From Myxococcales bacterium (lineage in GTDB: Bacteria; Desulfobacterota; Binatia; HRBIN30), in assembly GCA_037445065.1 (NCBI GenBank), contig JBBILD010000032.1, forward strand, positions 1 through 23,520: DNA of 23,520 nt. The letters run 5' to 3'. The notes below the pieces were generated by a model. That model was not told where the DNA came from. It did not search any database and was given only the letters and a program-made list of their open reading frames with translations. The translations under genes and the position numbers were made by a program. Each line of letters starts with the position of its first letter. The stretch's first letter is position 1. Positions 1 through 8,450 of the stretch are shown one piece after another.

Positions 1-12
1 TCCCTCACCTCC
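1..12 (-). promoter_or_regulatory. Probable Shine-Dalgarno site for the next (out-of-window) gene, embedded in the kinase 3' end
   Basis: Minus strand reads GGAGGTGAGGGA at 12..1, a near-perfect anti-SD match. Confidence 0.5.
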
Positions 13-3000
13 CAGCGGCTCCAAAACCAAGCGCTGCACAGGACCTTCCTTGCCCTCCGCGATGCGGGTGCTGATCTTGTACACGATGTCTTCCCGCATC
101 GGATTCCACGCGTACAGGCACGACTCGTCTTCGCGGCGCAGGCGCTGCACAAAAATGGCGAGCTGGGCGAAGGTCTCGTCGCTCGACACGTCCCCCAGTT
201 GGTACCCGTCGGCCAGTTCGAGCAAATGGTGGAACAAATCGGCGCCCAAGCGCAGGCGTTCCTGGCGGCCGTCCCGGTAGCGGTAGACCAAGAACAGTTC
301 TCTGTGGAACTGATCCATCCCCTCAGCTTCGAGGAGTGGCACTTCCAGCGAGAATGAATCCAGGGGTTTCTCCACCCAAAAGACCGTTTCGGTCGGCGTG
401 CGCGGCATGACGCGCAGCGGCACCACACCGGGGCGGCTCGAGGCAATGACCGGAAGGTCTTCCAATTGCGACACGCCGCGGCACACACGATCGCGCAAGG
501 CGCGTCTTTTGGCTTCGTCGGTTTCGAGCGGGAACTGCACGAAACTCTGCAAGTATGCGCCGTTGGCAAGCTGCAGGGCAGCGGGCGATTCCCCGATCTG
601 CGCAAAGTTCGCTGCGGTCCACTCGAAGTACGCCTGCCTGCGCGCCGAGGCCAGCGCACTGGGGTCTTGCACCGCCGAGGATCCCCACTCGGGATCGGGG
701 GTCAAGTAGCGGTCCAGGCGCGGGCTCGCCTCGAGCGCTGGGTCGAAGCGCACGAGTTCGCGCAGGACCTCGCCCTGCCGGCCAGGAGCATCCGCTGCGA
801 AGGCCCGATCCCAATACGGGCGGGCCCCGAACGGTCGCCCTTCGTGGTACTCATCGCAGTAGTGAATGCCGAACAAGATGTACACCAGCGCCGCGCGCAG
901 CTCGCGCATGGTAATGTGCGTCTCGCCGCGCACGTGCACGGCTTGCAGGGCGGCGAACAAGCGCTGCCGCGCCCAAGCGCGCGCCTCTTCCCCGCGCTCC
1001 TCCGGAACCCCGGTTGGTCCGAAAAGCCGGGTCGCGCGGAACACTTCGCATGCTGTTTTGGCCGAGCACTGCCCGCACGGCGCCCAAATCTCGCCGGCGT
1101 GCTCGCCACCGTACAGGCGGTCGAGCAACCGCTCGAGGAAGCTCGTGTCGATGCGGCCTTCGCTCGCCAGTACGTTGCCAACCAAGGAGCGGGCGTTGAG
1201 GTTGATGAAGGACAGGGGAACGTCGCCGTTGGCCTCCTCTCCCTGCAAGCGTGCGCGCAAGCTCGTGGTGAGCGGAGTCGGTCCTTGCTGGTCTTCGAAC
1301 TGCTCGATCCACTCGAGCAAGCGGCCGTCATTGATGGCGAGCAAGTGCACGCGGTCGTCCGTCGGCGGGCCGCTTTGGAATGGGGCCAGGAAGTCATGCA
1401 GCAATTCGTCCGAAGAGTGTCCTTGCCAAGCGGCGGAGCCGTCGAGGTTGATGCGAACCAAGCGGCCGCTCAGCAACCTGCCTTCGAACATCCGCTGCGA
1501 GGAGAGATGCCGCCCCACCCCGATGCGTTCCGCCAAGTGTTGCAGCAGGGCGGTTTTGCCGTCACCAGCGTTGCCGCAGAGAATGACCAGGCAAGGCGGG
1601 CCGCCTTCCACCTGCTCGCTCAGCGTTCGTTCGAGGCGAGTCTCGACGAAGGTGGCTGCGGCAAAGTCGGAGTCCAGTCCCCGGGTTTCCTGGTTGCCCC
1701 AGCGTGACCCGGGGTAGGATTGCAACAAGAGTTCGAGCCACTCGATCCGCTGCGGCGAGAGCGTGCCCCGGGTCGCGACCACAAATGGGCCCGGCGCCTC
1801 GGCGGCCAGGGGTGGAGCCGCTGCCAACGCCGAGTCCTCGCTGGTTTCGGCCAGTAACGACAGTGCTTCCGAGAGGCTGCCGATCCGTTTTGCGGGGTCC
1901 GGATCGGTCGCCTTGTCGAGAAAGGGAGCGAGGCCAGACCATTCGTCCCGAGCGATTTCTCCCCAATTGAGGCCGCGCTCTTTGTGTTCGCCGTCCTGAT
2001 AGGCGAACGGAGGGCGCTCGAAAAGAACGTGGAAAAACGACGCTGCGAGCGCGTAGTAGTCGTCAGCGGGGTACGCCGGCAGACCCTTGACCCGGGAGGG
2101 AGAGCAGTACAGGAGCGTGCCAGGAAGCTTGGCCGCCTCGCCCGCGCGCGAGACCGAGTCGTAGTCCGTGAGCACCAGGGAGGAACCAGCGACGATCAAG
2201 TTTTTCGGGCTCACGTCGCCGTGTACCAAGCCGGCTCGGTGCAGTTCATCGAGTGCCTCGCACACCTCGCGCAACCAGCGGCGCGCGAGGGCCGCGGGCG
2301 ACTCGCCGAGGTCCTCGGCCAGGAGAGGGAACACGCCTGTGAATTCGCCCAGGGGTGAGCCCTCGATCCACTTGAGCAAGGCGACGAAGGCGTTTTCTCG
2401 CCACTCCGGCGCCACCTCGAAAATCGTTGCCAGAGCTCGCTGAGCGCCCAAGTGGGGGCGGGCCAGGCGGTAGGCGCGCAACAGCGCTGGGCCCAGCTCA
2501 GGCTGACCCACGACCTTGCCCACGTAGGTCCCCAGCTCTTCTCCAGAAGCGTCCACCTCCACCACTTTGAAGGTGGTGCCGACGCCACCGCTGCCGAGGC
2601 GCGCGACGATACGGTAGCTCCGCTGATGGAAGCGGACGATCTGATCCTCGCACCAGAACCGGGCAGGCGGCACTTCGGGTTCGTGCCCCTCGCCTGCCAA
2701 GGCAGCGAATTCCCGCTCCAATTGCTCAGCGGACGGCCGGGCGGTCGGGTCCTCTTGCTCTCCTCGGTCGAGAATCTCCTCGGCTCGACGGGCGATGTCT
2801 TCCGTCTCGTTCCGGAACAAAAGGCGCAGAGCACTGCACAGCGAGTACACGTCGGATGCCGGTGTGGCGGCGGCAAGACCGTTTGCGCGCACTTCCGGCG
2901 CTGCCGTGCCGATGCAGGCAGCGGGCAGCGGCGTGTCCGCAGCGATGGTGTCCTCGGCCGGCACGCGTGCCAAGTGAAACCCGGTGAACACCGGTCTGTC

Positions 3001-3990
3001 GTCGTGGCGCACCAGAATCGTGCGCGCAGTCAGGCAGCGGTGCAGCGGCTGGCCCCGCTCGCCGTGCAGTTCGCGCAGCGCCGCAAAGGCGGCATGCGCG
3101 AAGGCAATGCGGCCAGCGGTGCTCCAGTGGGGGTCGGCAGCGCGTTCTTCCAGCGCCGGAGCGGACGGATCCAGCACGGTAAAAAAGAACATCTCGCCGA
3201 TGTACCCTGGCACTGGCTGGAAGGAGTCGAGGATGCGCGGAGCCCAAGAGTACTGCTGCAAGCGCTGCAGAGCCTCGAATTCTCTGCGCGCTTTCTCTTC
3301 TGCTCTCCGGCTCGGGTCGGCGGAAAGGTCGTACAAGTGGAGGAGCGCGCGATCGCGGCGGCGCTGGTGCAGGCCTTTGTAAACGCGGTGGAAGCGCTCT
3401 TCGGACGGTGTTTGTCGTTCGAGATTGACGTAGCCGGCGACGGTCCGGATATCGCCATCCAACGACGCCTTCGCACGCGGTTCTATGAGCCGGGCCAGGC
3501 GCTCGACGTCGTCGCGACCCAAAACACTTTGCGCGTGGAAGGCAAGCGCGTCCTGCCAGTCCGAGAGGTGAAAGAAGCGCACCCCGCGCTTCTCTCTGCC
3601 GCGAAGTCCCTCCACCCGAGCCTTCTCCTGCGTGAGCAGAAAGACCGGATCCACGCGCGGGAGTCGGGGACAGTGTCTGCGCAGCGTGGTGGCAACTTTG
3701 CGGGTCTTGCCAACGAGGCGATCGGCCTCCTGGTCGACTTCCCTGCGGTGGTCTCCGACCCAAGCGGCCGTCCAATGCTTGATTTCGATCACCGCTACCC
3801 CGGGTGGCCCGATGCACAACAAGTCGATCTCGTCGGGCTGCCGCTCCTCGTTCAAGGCAAAAGCCAAGTTGGCAAGGAGGATCCACTTGTCCGTTCCCGG
3901 GCTCGAACGAAGGCGTTCGCAGATGCGCTTGAACGCTTCGCGCTCGCTTTCGTTTGCGGCCGGTGCACAGGGAACGAAGGCAACTTCCAT
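1..3990 (-). CDS. NERD nuclease + tandem (pseudo)kinase/Ser-Thr kinase + P-loop ATPase multidomain protein, MAD6-like; 3' end lies beyond the left window edge
   Basis: Manual translation from ATG at 3990 (MEVAFVPCAPAANESE...) is open to position 1, so it is absent from the ORF track; an in-frame stop lies upstream at 4030-4032. Motifs: NERD DEIDLLCIGPPGVAVIEIKHW (~3772-3834); degenerate kinase LHRCLTARTILV / TGFHLAR / AAPE / SDVYSL (~2830-3050); intact kinase LGSGGVGTTFKV, YVGK, HGDVSPKN (~2200-2223), DYD; Walker A LVILCGNAGDGKT (~1552-1590); PCGQCSAKTAC (~1048-1080). Confidence 0.9.
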   Translation of the reverse strand, partial: MEVAFVPCAPAANESEREAFKRICERLRSSPGTDKWILLANLAFALNEERQPDEIDLLCIGPPGVAVIEIKHWTAAWVGDHRREVDQEADRLVGKTRKVATTLRRHCPRLPRVDPVFLLTQEKARVEGLRGREKRGVRFFHLSDWQDALAFHAQSVLGRDDVERLARLIEPRAKASLDGDIRTVAGYVNLERQTPSEERFHRVYKGLHQRRRDRALLHLYDLSADPSRRAEEKARREFEALQRLQQYSWAPRILDSFQPVPGYIGEMFFFTVLDPSAPALEERAADPHWSTAGRIAFAHAAFAALRELHGERGQPLHRCLTARTILVRHDDRPVFTGFHLARVPAEDTIAADTPLPAACIGTAAPEVRANGLAAATPASDVYSLCSALRLLFRNETEDIARRAEEILDRGEQEDPTARPSAEQLEREFAALAGEGHEPEVPPARFWCEDQIVRFHQRSYRIVARLGSGGVGTTFKVVEVDASGEELGTYVGKVVGQPELGPALLRAYRLARPHLGAQRALATIFEVAPEWRENAFVALLKWIEGSPLGEFTGVFPLLAEDLGESPAALARRWLREVCEALDELHRAGLVHGDVSPKNLIVAGSSLVLTDYDSVSRAGEAAKLPGTLLYCSPSRVKGLPAYPADDYYALAASFFHVLFERPPFAYQDGEHKERGLNWGEIARDEWSGLAPFLDKATDPDPAKRIGSLSEALSLLAETSEDSALAAAPPLAAEAPGPFVVATRGTLSPQRIEWLELLLQSYPGSRWGNQETRGLDSDFAAATFVETRLERTLSEQVEGGPPCLVILCGNAGDGKTALLQHLAERIGVGRHLSSQRMFEGRLLSGRLVRINLDGSAAWQGHSSDELLHDFLAPFQSGPPTDDRVHLLAINDGRLLEWIEQFEDQQGPTPLTTSLRARLQGEEANGDVPLSFINLNARSLVGNVLASEGRIDTSFLERLLDRLYGGEHAGEIWAPCGQCSAKTACEVFRATRLFGPTGVPEERGEEARAWARQRLFAALQAVHVRGETHITMRELRAALVYILFGIHYCDEYHEGRPFGARPYWDRAFAADAPGRQGEVLRELVRFDPALEASPRLDRYLTPDPEWGSSAVQDPSALASARRQAYFEWTAANFAQIGESPAALQLANGAYLQSFVQFPLETDEAKRRALRDRVCRGVSQLEDLPVIASSRPGVVPLRVMPRTPTETVFWVEKPLDSFSLEVPLLEAEGMDQFHRELFLVYRYRDGRQERLRLGADLFHHLLELADGYQLGDVSSDETFAQLAIFVQRLRREDESCLYAWNPMREDIVYKISTRIAEGKEGPVQRLVLEPLGGEG

Positions 3991-4156
3991 ATAAGAACGT
4001 TGCTTCTTGTTCCGGGAAGGCCCGACTTGTCAAGAAAGAGCGGACGAACGCCATACGAACTGCGCCTGCAAGGCACTCGATTTGGGCGCGCTCTCGCTTG
4101 CATTCGGAGCACCTGCACCGTGGTTTCCTACGCACGAGCCGTCGGCCTCACGCGTT

Positions 4157-5217
4157 GCGGGGGCAGGTCTAGGGCCTGCCCACCCACCGGATACAAGTGC
4201 GAACCCGCAAATCCCACCACGGGCGGGCGCGACGGCCGCCCCTACATCGTCTCGCGCAATGCGCGCGAAATGGGCCGCCATGCACAACTGCTTCGGTGTT
4301 GGTGGTGCTGGGCGCGGCGTGCCAATCGGATCATCCGTTGCGCCTCGTCCCTGGCACAACCCCTACAGAGTTGCGCCAGGGACGGTGATGGGCCCCCTAT
4401 TCCTGGGCTTAACGCGCAGCGCCAAGCCCAGGTGGTATTGGCCAACGCTTTCGGCGTCGCGTGGTGGTGGGAACAACATTCGAGTAGAGCGGCGGTGTGG
4501 GCGGTGGAACCGCGCTGCCCCGAGGGTAGCGGGTTTCGGGTACCGCGCGTGCAGGATCGGAACGGCGTGCCGACGACACCACGGGCGACCACAAGGGTGC
4601 CCCTACAATTTCTGATAGCGGCAGCCTGCACGTGTCGCGGCAGCGGGCGGCTGGGCCGCGGACGGCCGGTGCGATACCCGGCGGGGCCGTGCGTGCCGGC
4701 GCGTTTCCAAAGCACCAGCAAGACGGTGTAGGGGCAGGCCTTGTGCCTGCCCGTTGACTCGATCCGTCGCGGATGCCCACGTGGATCCGTGAGGTTGCGT
4801 CGTGCCCCGGATCGCGGTGGATATCCCAACATCACTGGTCGTGAGGTGGGTGTCCTCGAAACACCACCGCGTGCACGATCGGAATTGCGTGCCGCGGGAA
4901 GCACGGGCAGCCACAAGGGCCGCCCCTACAAGTCTGACGTGGCAGCCTGCATGTGTCGCAGCACCGCGGCGTCTGGACCGTGGGCGACCACAAGGGTCGC
5001 CCCCACACCCGCAGGGGGCAGGGATGCCAGCGTGATGGCACGCCGCCACCGAGACCGTGTAGGGGCAGGTCTTTTGCCTGCCCGTGCCTCGATCCGCCGC
5101 CGATGCGCACGTGGACCGGTGGGGCGGCGTCGGGGCCGGGATCACGCTGTGTGTCCGAAGATCACGTGGGAACGCCATCCCGGCGGCAACACGGGCGACC
5201 ACAAGGGTCGCCCCGTC
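4157..5217. repeat. GTAG-type REP palindrome cluster 1 (BIME/REPIN-like) with a degenerate ~322-bp tandem unit
   Basis: Forward type GTAGGGGCAGGnCTTnTGCCTGCCC at 4728-4752 and 5059-5083, degenerate at 4157-4181. Reverse type GGGCGACCACAAGGGTCGCCCCTAC-like at 4221-4245, 4583-4606, 4905-4929, 4982-5006 and 5193-5217. Flanks also repeat (cgcgtgcanGATCGGAAnngcgtgccg at 4546 and 4868). Confidence 0.85.
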
Positions 5218-5273
5218 AGATCCTGAATGCGGCGCTGTGGCGGCTGTGGCACCGGATCCCGCCCACCATTCCT

Positions 5274-5322
5274 GCATTCGCGCTTCTCGATTCCCCATTC
5301 GCCATTCGCAACTCAGCATTCG
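5274..5322 (+). repeat. Degenerate heptamer tandem repeat (consensus CCATTCG, 7 units)
   Basis: gcattcg cgcttct cgattcc ccattcg ccattcg caactca gcattcg. Confidence 0.7.
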
Positions 5323-5424
5323 CCGCGGCGCATTTCTCGCTGGCGCGGGCACTCACGCAACGTCGCCCCAACAGGGCCCCGGTACAGCTTGGCGAAGAGC
5401 GAAAAGACGGGTAGACAGGAACGG

Positions 5425-5925
5425 ATGCTGCGGTTCGCGGCAATCGACTTCGAGACCGCCAATCGCGATCGAAACAGCGCTTGCGCTGTGGGTCTGGCGG
5501 TGGTTTCCGGAAGGCGCGTGGTCGAGCGATTCTACCACCTGATCCGCCCACCAACGCGCAAATTCGAGTTCACGTTCTTGCACGGAATCGGTTGGCAGCA
5601 CGTACGCGAGGCCCCCACGTTTGCGCAGCTTTGGCCGGAACTCAAGCGCAGGCTGCGGGCGGTGGACTTTATTGCTGCGCACAACGCGGGCTTCGATCGC
5701 GGCGTCCTCGACAGTTGCTGCACCACCTACGGGTTCGCGCCGCTTCGCCTGCCGTTCGTCTGCACGGTGCAGCTCGCTCGCACCGTGTGGGGGATCTACC
5801 CGACTCGGCTTCCCGACGTCTGCCAGAGGCTCTCGATCCCTCTTCAGCACCACCACGCTGCTTCCGATGCGGAGGCGTGCGCGCGCATCGTCGTCGCCGC
5901 GAGAGCAGCTGGGTGGCGGTGGTAG
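5425..5925 (+). CDS. DEDDh 3'-5' exonuclease (DNA polymerase III epsilon-like, standalone)
   Basis: MLRFAAIDFETAN (ExoI), AAHNAGFD (ExoII), HHAASDA (ExoIII); AGGA upstream of ATG 5425. Confidence 0.92.
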   Translation: MLRFAAIDFETANRDRNSACAVGLAVVSGRRVVERFYHLIRPPTRKFEFTFLHGIGWQHVREAPTFAQLWPELKRRLRAVDFIAAHNAGFDRGVLDSCCTTYGFAPLRLPFVCTVQLARTVWGIYPTRLPDVCQRLSIPLQHHHAASDAEACARIVVAARAAGWRW

Positions 5926-6328
5926 CCCCGCAGTGCCCGGCCCGCGCGGGCGGACGGCCGAGGAGGCCTGGGTGCCGTACGAACGCGAGCACTCGAGCCA
6001 CCGGCAGCGCCCCCGCTCAGTCGTGCTCCTGTATGCATGTCTCCGCTGGTAACGAGCGGAGCCCGCACCGCCAGCGACTTGCAAAGGGGTGGAATTCGAA
6101 CGCGCAGCGAGGCGGTGGAGGCGGACGAGCCATGGCGCCCCGCATCTCCTATCCCGAACCGCCACCGCAGCGGCGCTCGCCCAAGTGCGAGACCACTGCC
6201 GACACCGGCGCGGGCTCGGAACCCCAAAACCGCGGGGGAGCAGCCGCTCCGTCGGCCTGCTTGTCAGCGGGGCCGATTCGCGACAAATAAAGCCTTCCTG
6301 CGCTCGGCAGGAGTCGAGGAGACCGGTC

Positions 6329-7957
6329 ATGAACTACGACGACGTGTACACCCGCTTCCGCTGGCAGCTGCCCGAGTACTTCAATTTCACCACAGACGTG
6401 CTGGCCACTTGGGCACGGGAAACGGAGCGCCCGGCTTTGTGGTGGGTGGCGGAGAGCGGCGAGGAGCACCGCTACACGTTTTCGCAAATCGTGCGCGAGA
6501 GCTACCGCTTTGCACACGCGTTGCACGGGCTCGGCATCGGGCGGGGCGAAGCCGTGATGGTGATGCTCTCGCGCCGCCCGGAGTGGTTCGTGGCCATGGC
6601 CGGAGTGCTCGCGGCGGGTGCGGTCGCGATTCCCTGCACGGCAAGCTTGCGGCCCAAGGACATCCGCTACCGCGCCCAACACAGCGGCACGCGGCTGATC
6701 GTGACCGAAGCCAGTTGCGTGGAGGCGGTCGAGGCGGTGCGGGGGGAGTGCGAGGCGCTGAAGCACACGGTGTGCGTGGATCCCCCGCCCGCGGGATGGC
6801 TCGCTTGGGGTGACCTCTTGCTCTCGGCGCGCAGCGAAGCGCCCGCGGTGCGCACGCGCAGCGACGAGCCGGCGCTGTGCTTCTATACGTCCGGGACCAC
6901 CAAGGACCCCAAGGCGGTCCTACACGCGCACGCCTACACATGGGCACATCGCTACACCGGAAAGTACTGGCTTGGTCTCACCGGCAACGAGCTGCACTGG
7001 ACCACTTCCGACACCGGGTGGGCCAAGGCCGCTTATGGGGTCCTGTTCGGCCCGTGGAACAACGGTGCGTGCGTGTTTCAATACCAAGGCCGCTTCGAAC
7101 CGGAGCGCGAGTTGGGCTTGCTGCAACGCTACCCGATCCGCGTGTTTTGCGCACCGCCCACCGAGTACCGGCTTTTGGTCAAGGAAAATCTCGCGCGCTT
7201 CCGCTTCCCGGCTTTGCGCCACTGCACCGGTGCGGGGGAACCGCTCAACCCGGAAGTGATTTCCGTGTGGAAGGAGCACTTTGGGCTCACCATCCACGAC
7301 GGCTACGGGCAGACGGAAACGACCCTCCTGGTTGCCAATTTGCCCGGCATGGACGTGCGCCCAGGCTCCATGGGAAAGCCCTTTCCCGGGCACGACGTAC
7401 GCGTGATCAACGAAGCTGGCGAGGAGGTTGCGCCGGGTGAGGTGGGCGACGTAGCCTTGCGTGGGCGCGTGCCATCGCTCTTCCGGGAGTACTGGAAGAA
7501 CCCCGAAGAGAGCACCGCATGCTGGCGCGGCGAATGGTACGTCACCGGTGATCGCGCTTGGCGCGACGCGGACGGCTACTTCTGGTTCGTCGGCCGCGCC
7601 GACGATGTCATCATCAGCGCTGGGTACCGCATCGGACCGTTCGAAGTGGAAAGCGCCCTACTCGAACATCCTGCCGTGCTCGAGTCGGCAGTGGTCGCGA
7701 GCCCCCACCCGGACCGCGGCGCAATCGTAAAGGCCTTCGTGCGGCTGCGCCCTGGGTGGGAGGGCAGCGCCGCACTGGTGCACGAGCTGCAAGAGCATGT
7801 GAAGCGCACCACCGCACCGTACAAATACCCGCGCGAGATCGAGTTCGTAGACGAACTGCCAAAGACCGTGAGTGGGAAAATCCGCCGCGTCGAGCTGCGC
7901 GAACGGGAGCGGCAGCGCAAGGAAGGCTCCACCGGCTCGACCTCCGCAAACTCGTAA
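6329..7957 (+). CDS. AMP-forming acyl-CoA synthetase (medium-chain/ACSM-like)
   Basis: YTSGTTKDPK, AGEPLNPE, YGQTET, TGD, GRADDVI, PKTVSGKI motifs; GAGGAG upstream of ATG 6329 (MNYDDVY...). Confidence 0.95.
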   Translation: MNYDDVYTRFRWQLPEYFNFTTDVLATWARETERPALWWVAESGEEHRYTFSQIVRESYRFAHALHGLGIGRGEAVMVMLSRRPEWFVAMAGVLAAGAVAIPCTASLRPKDIRYRAQHSGTRLIVTEASCVEAVEAVRGECEALKHTVCVDPPPAGWLAWGDLLLSARSEAPAVRTRSDEPALCFYTSGTTKDPKAVLHAHAYTWAHRYTGKYWLGLTGNELHWTTSDTGWAKAAYGVLFGPWNNGACVFQYQGRFEPERELGLLQRYPIRVFCAPPTEYRLLVKENLARFRFPALRHCTGAGEPLNPEVISVWKEHFGLTIHDGYGQTETTLLVANLPGMDVRPGSMGKPFPGHDVRVINEAGEEVAPGEVGDVALRGRVPSLFREYWKNPEESTACWRGEWYVTGDRAWRDADGYFWFVGRADDVIISAGYRIGPFEVESALLEHPAVLESAVVASPHPDRGAIVKAFVRLRPGWEGSAALVHELQEHVKRTTAPYKYPREIEFVDELPKTVSGKIRRVELRERERQRKEGSTGSTSANS

Positions 7958-8008
7958 ACCCCCATTCGAGCGGTTGCGCAAAGGCAAGCGCGCAGGCAAG
8001 AAGGGTTC

Positions 8009-8338
8009 ATGACCCATGCCACCGTCGCTCGCCCGAAACTCTCCGCTGGACGCTGCTCCCTGCTCCTGCTCGCCGCGCTCAGCCTTGCTCTGGAGGCAGC
8101 GCCGCTCCTCGCGCAGCCGGGGGCGGCGCGCAAAAGTGCGCCCGAGGCTCGGCACCAGGAAGGCGAGAGCGAAACCGTGATGTTCAACACGCAAACACTC
8201 AAGTACCACTGCCCGCAGTGCAAATGGGCTCTGCGCTGCACGAAGAACTGCGTGCGCATGTCTGTGGAAAAAGCTCGCGAACTCGGCGGTGTTCCCTGCA
8301 TGGTGTGCGGTGGGACCTGCCGTTCCTCTCGGCGCTGA
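8009..8338 (+). CDS. Small secreted Cys-rich protein with Ada-like metal-binding motif
   Basis: Hydrophobic signal-like N-terminus; KYHCPQC...C...C...A...GGVPCMVCGG pattern. Confidence 0.7.
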   Translation: MTHATVARPKLSAGRCSLLLLAALSLALEAAPLLAQPGAARKSAPEARHQEGESETVMFNTQTLKYHCPQCKWALRCTKNCVRMSVEKARELGGVPCMVCGGTCRSSRR

Positions 8339-8450
8339 GAGGCCCACCTTGCCAGCACGACGTTCTGGGCCGCGTCCGTCCTCGCCCACTGGCCCGCAGC
8401 CGGAGCCGGGCAAGGGTCAGGGGACGCTCGCCGAGCCATTGCTTCGGCTC

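Noticed and set aside
1..3990. Calling the kinase PglW (BREX type 2)
   Set aside because: It shares NERD plus kinase domains, but the C-terminal GNAGDGKT P-loop region fits MAD6/DndF-like proteins better, and no pglX/pglZ is visible.
4028..4033. Perfect TTGACA hexamers (minus strand 4028-4033; plus strand 15096-15101 and 18734-18739) as sigma70 promoters
   Set aside because: No credible -10 element at 16-18 nt spacing.
466..4731. Long plus-strand ORFs 466-1707, 1984-2358 and 2452-4731
   Set aside because: They are codon-aligned antisense shadows of the motif-rich minus-strand kinase gene and have no recognisable domains.
4157..5217. CRISPR array
   Set aside because: Repeats are of two types in opposite orientation, irregularly spaced, with mutually homologous linkers, and no cas genes are seen.
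4007..5420. ORFs overlapping REP cluster 1
   Set aside because: Translations are repeat-derived (GDHKGRPY, GRPQGSP) with no protein family signal.
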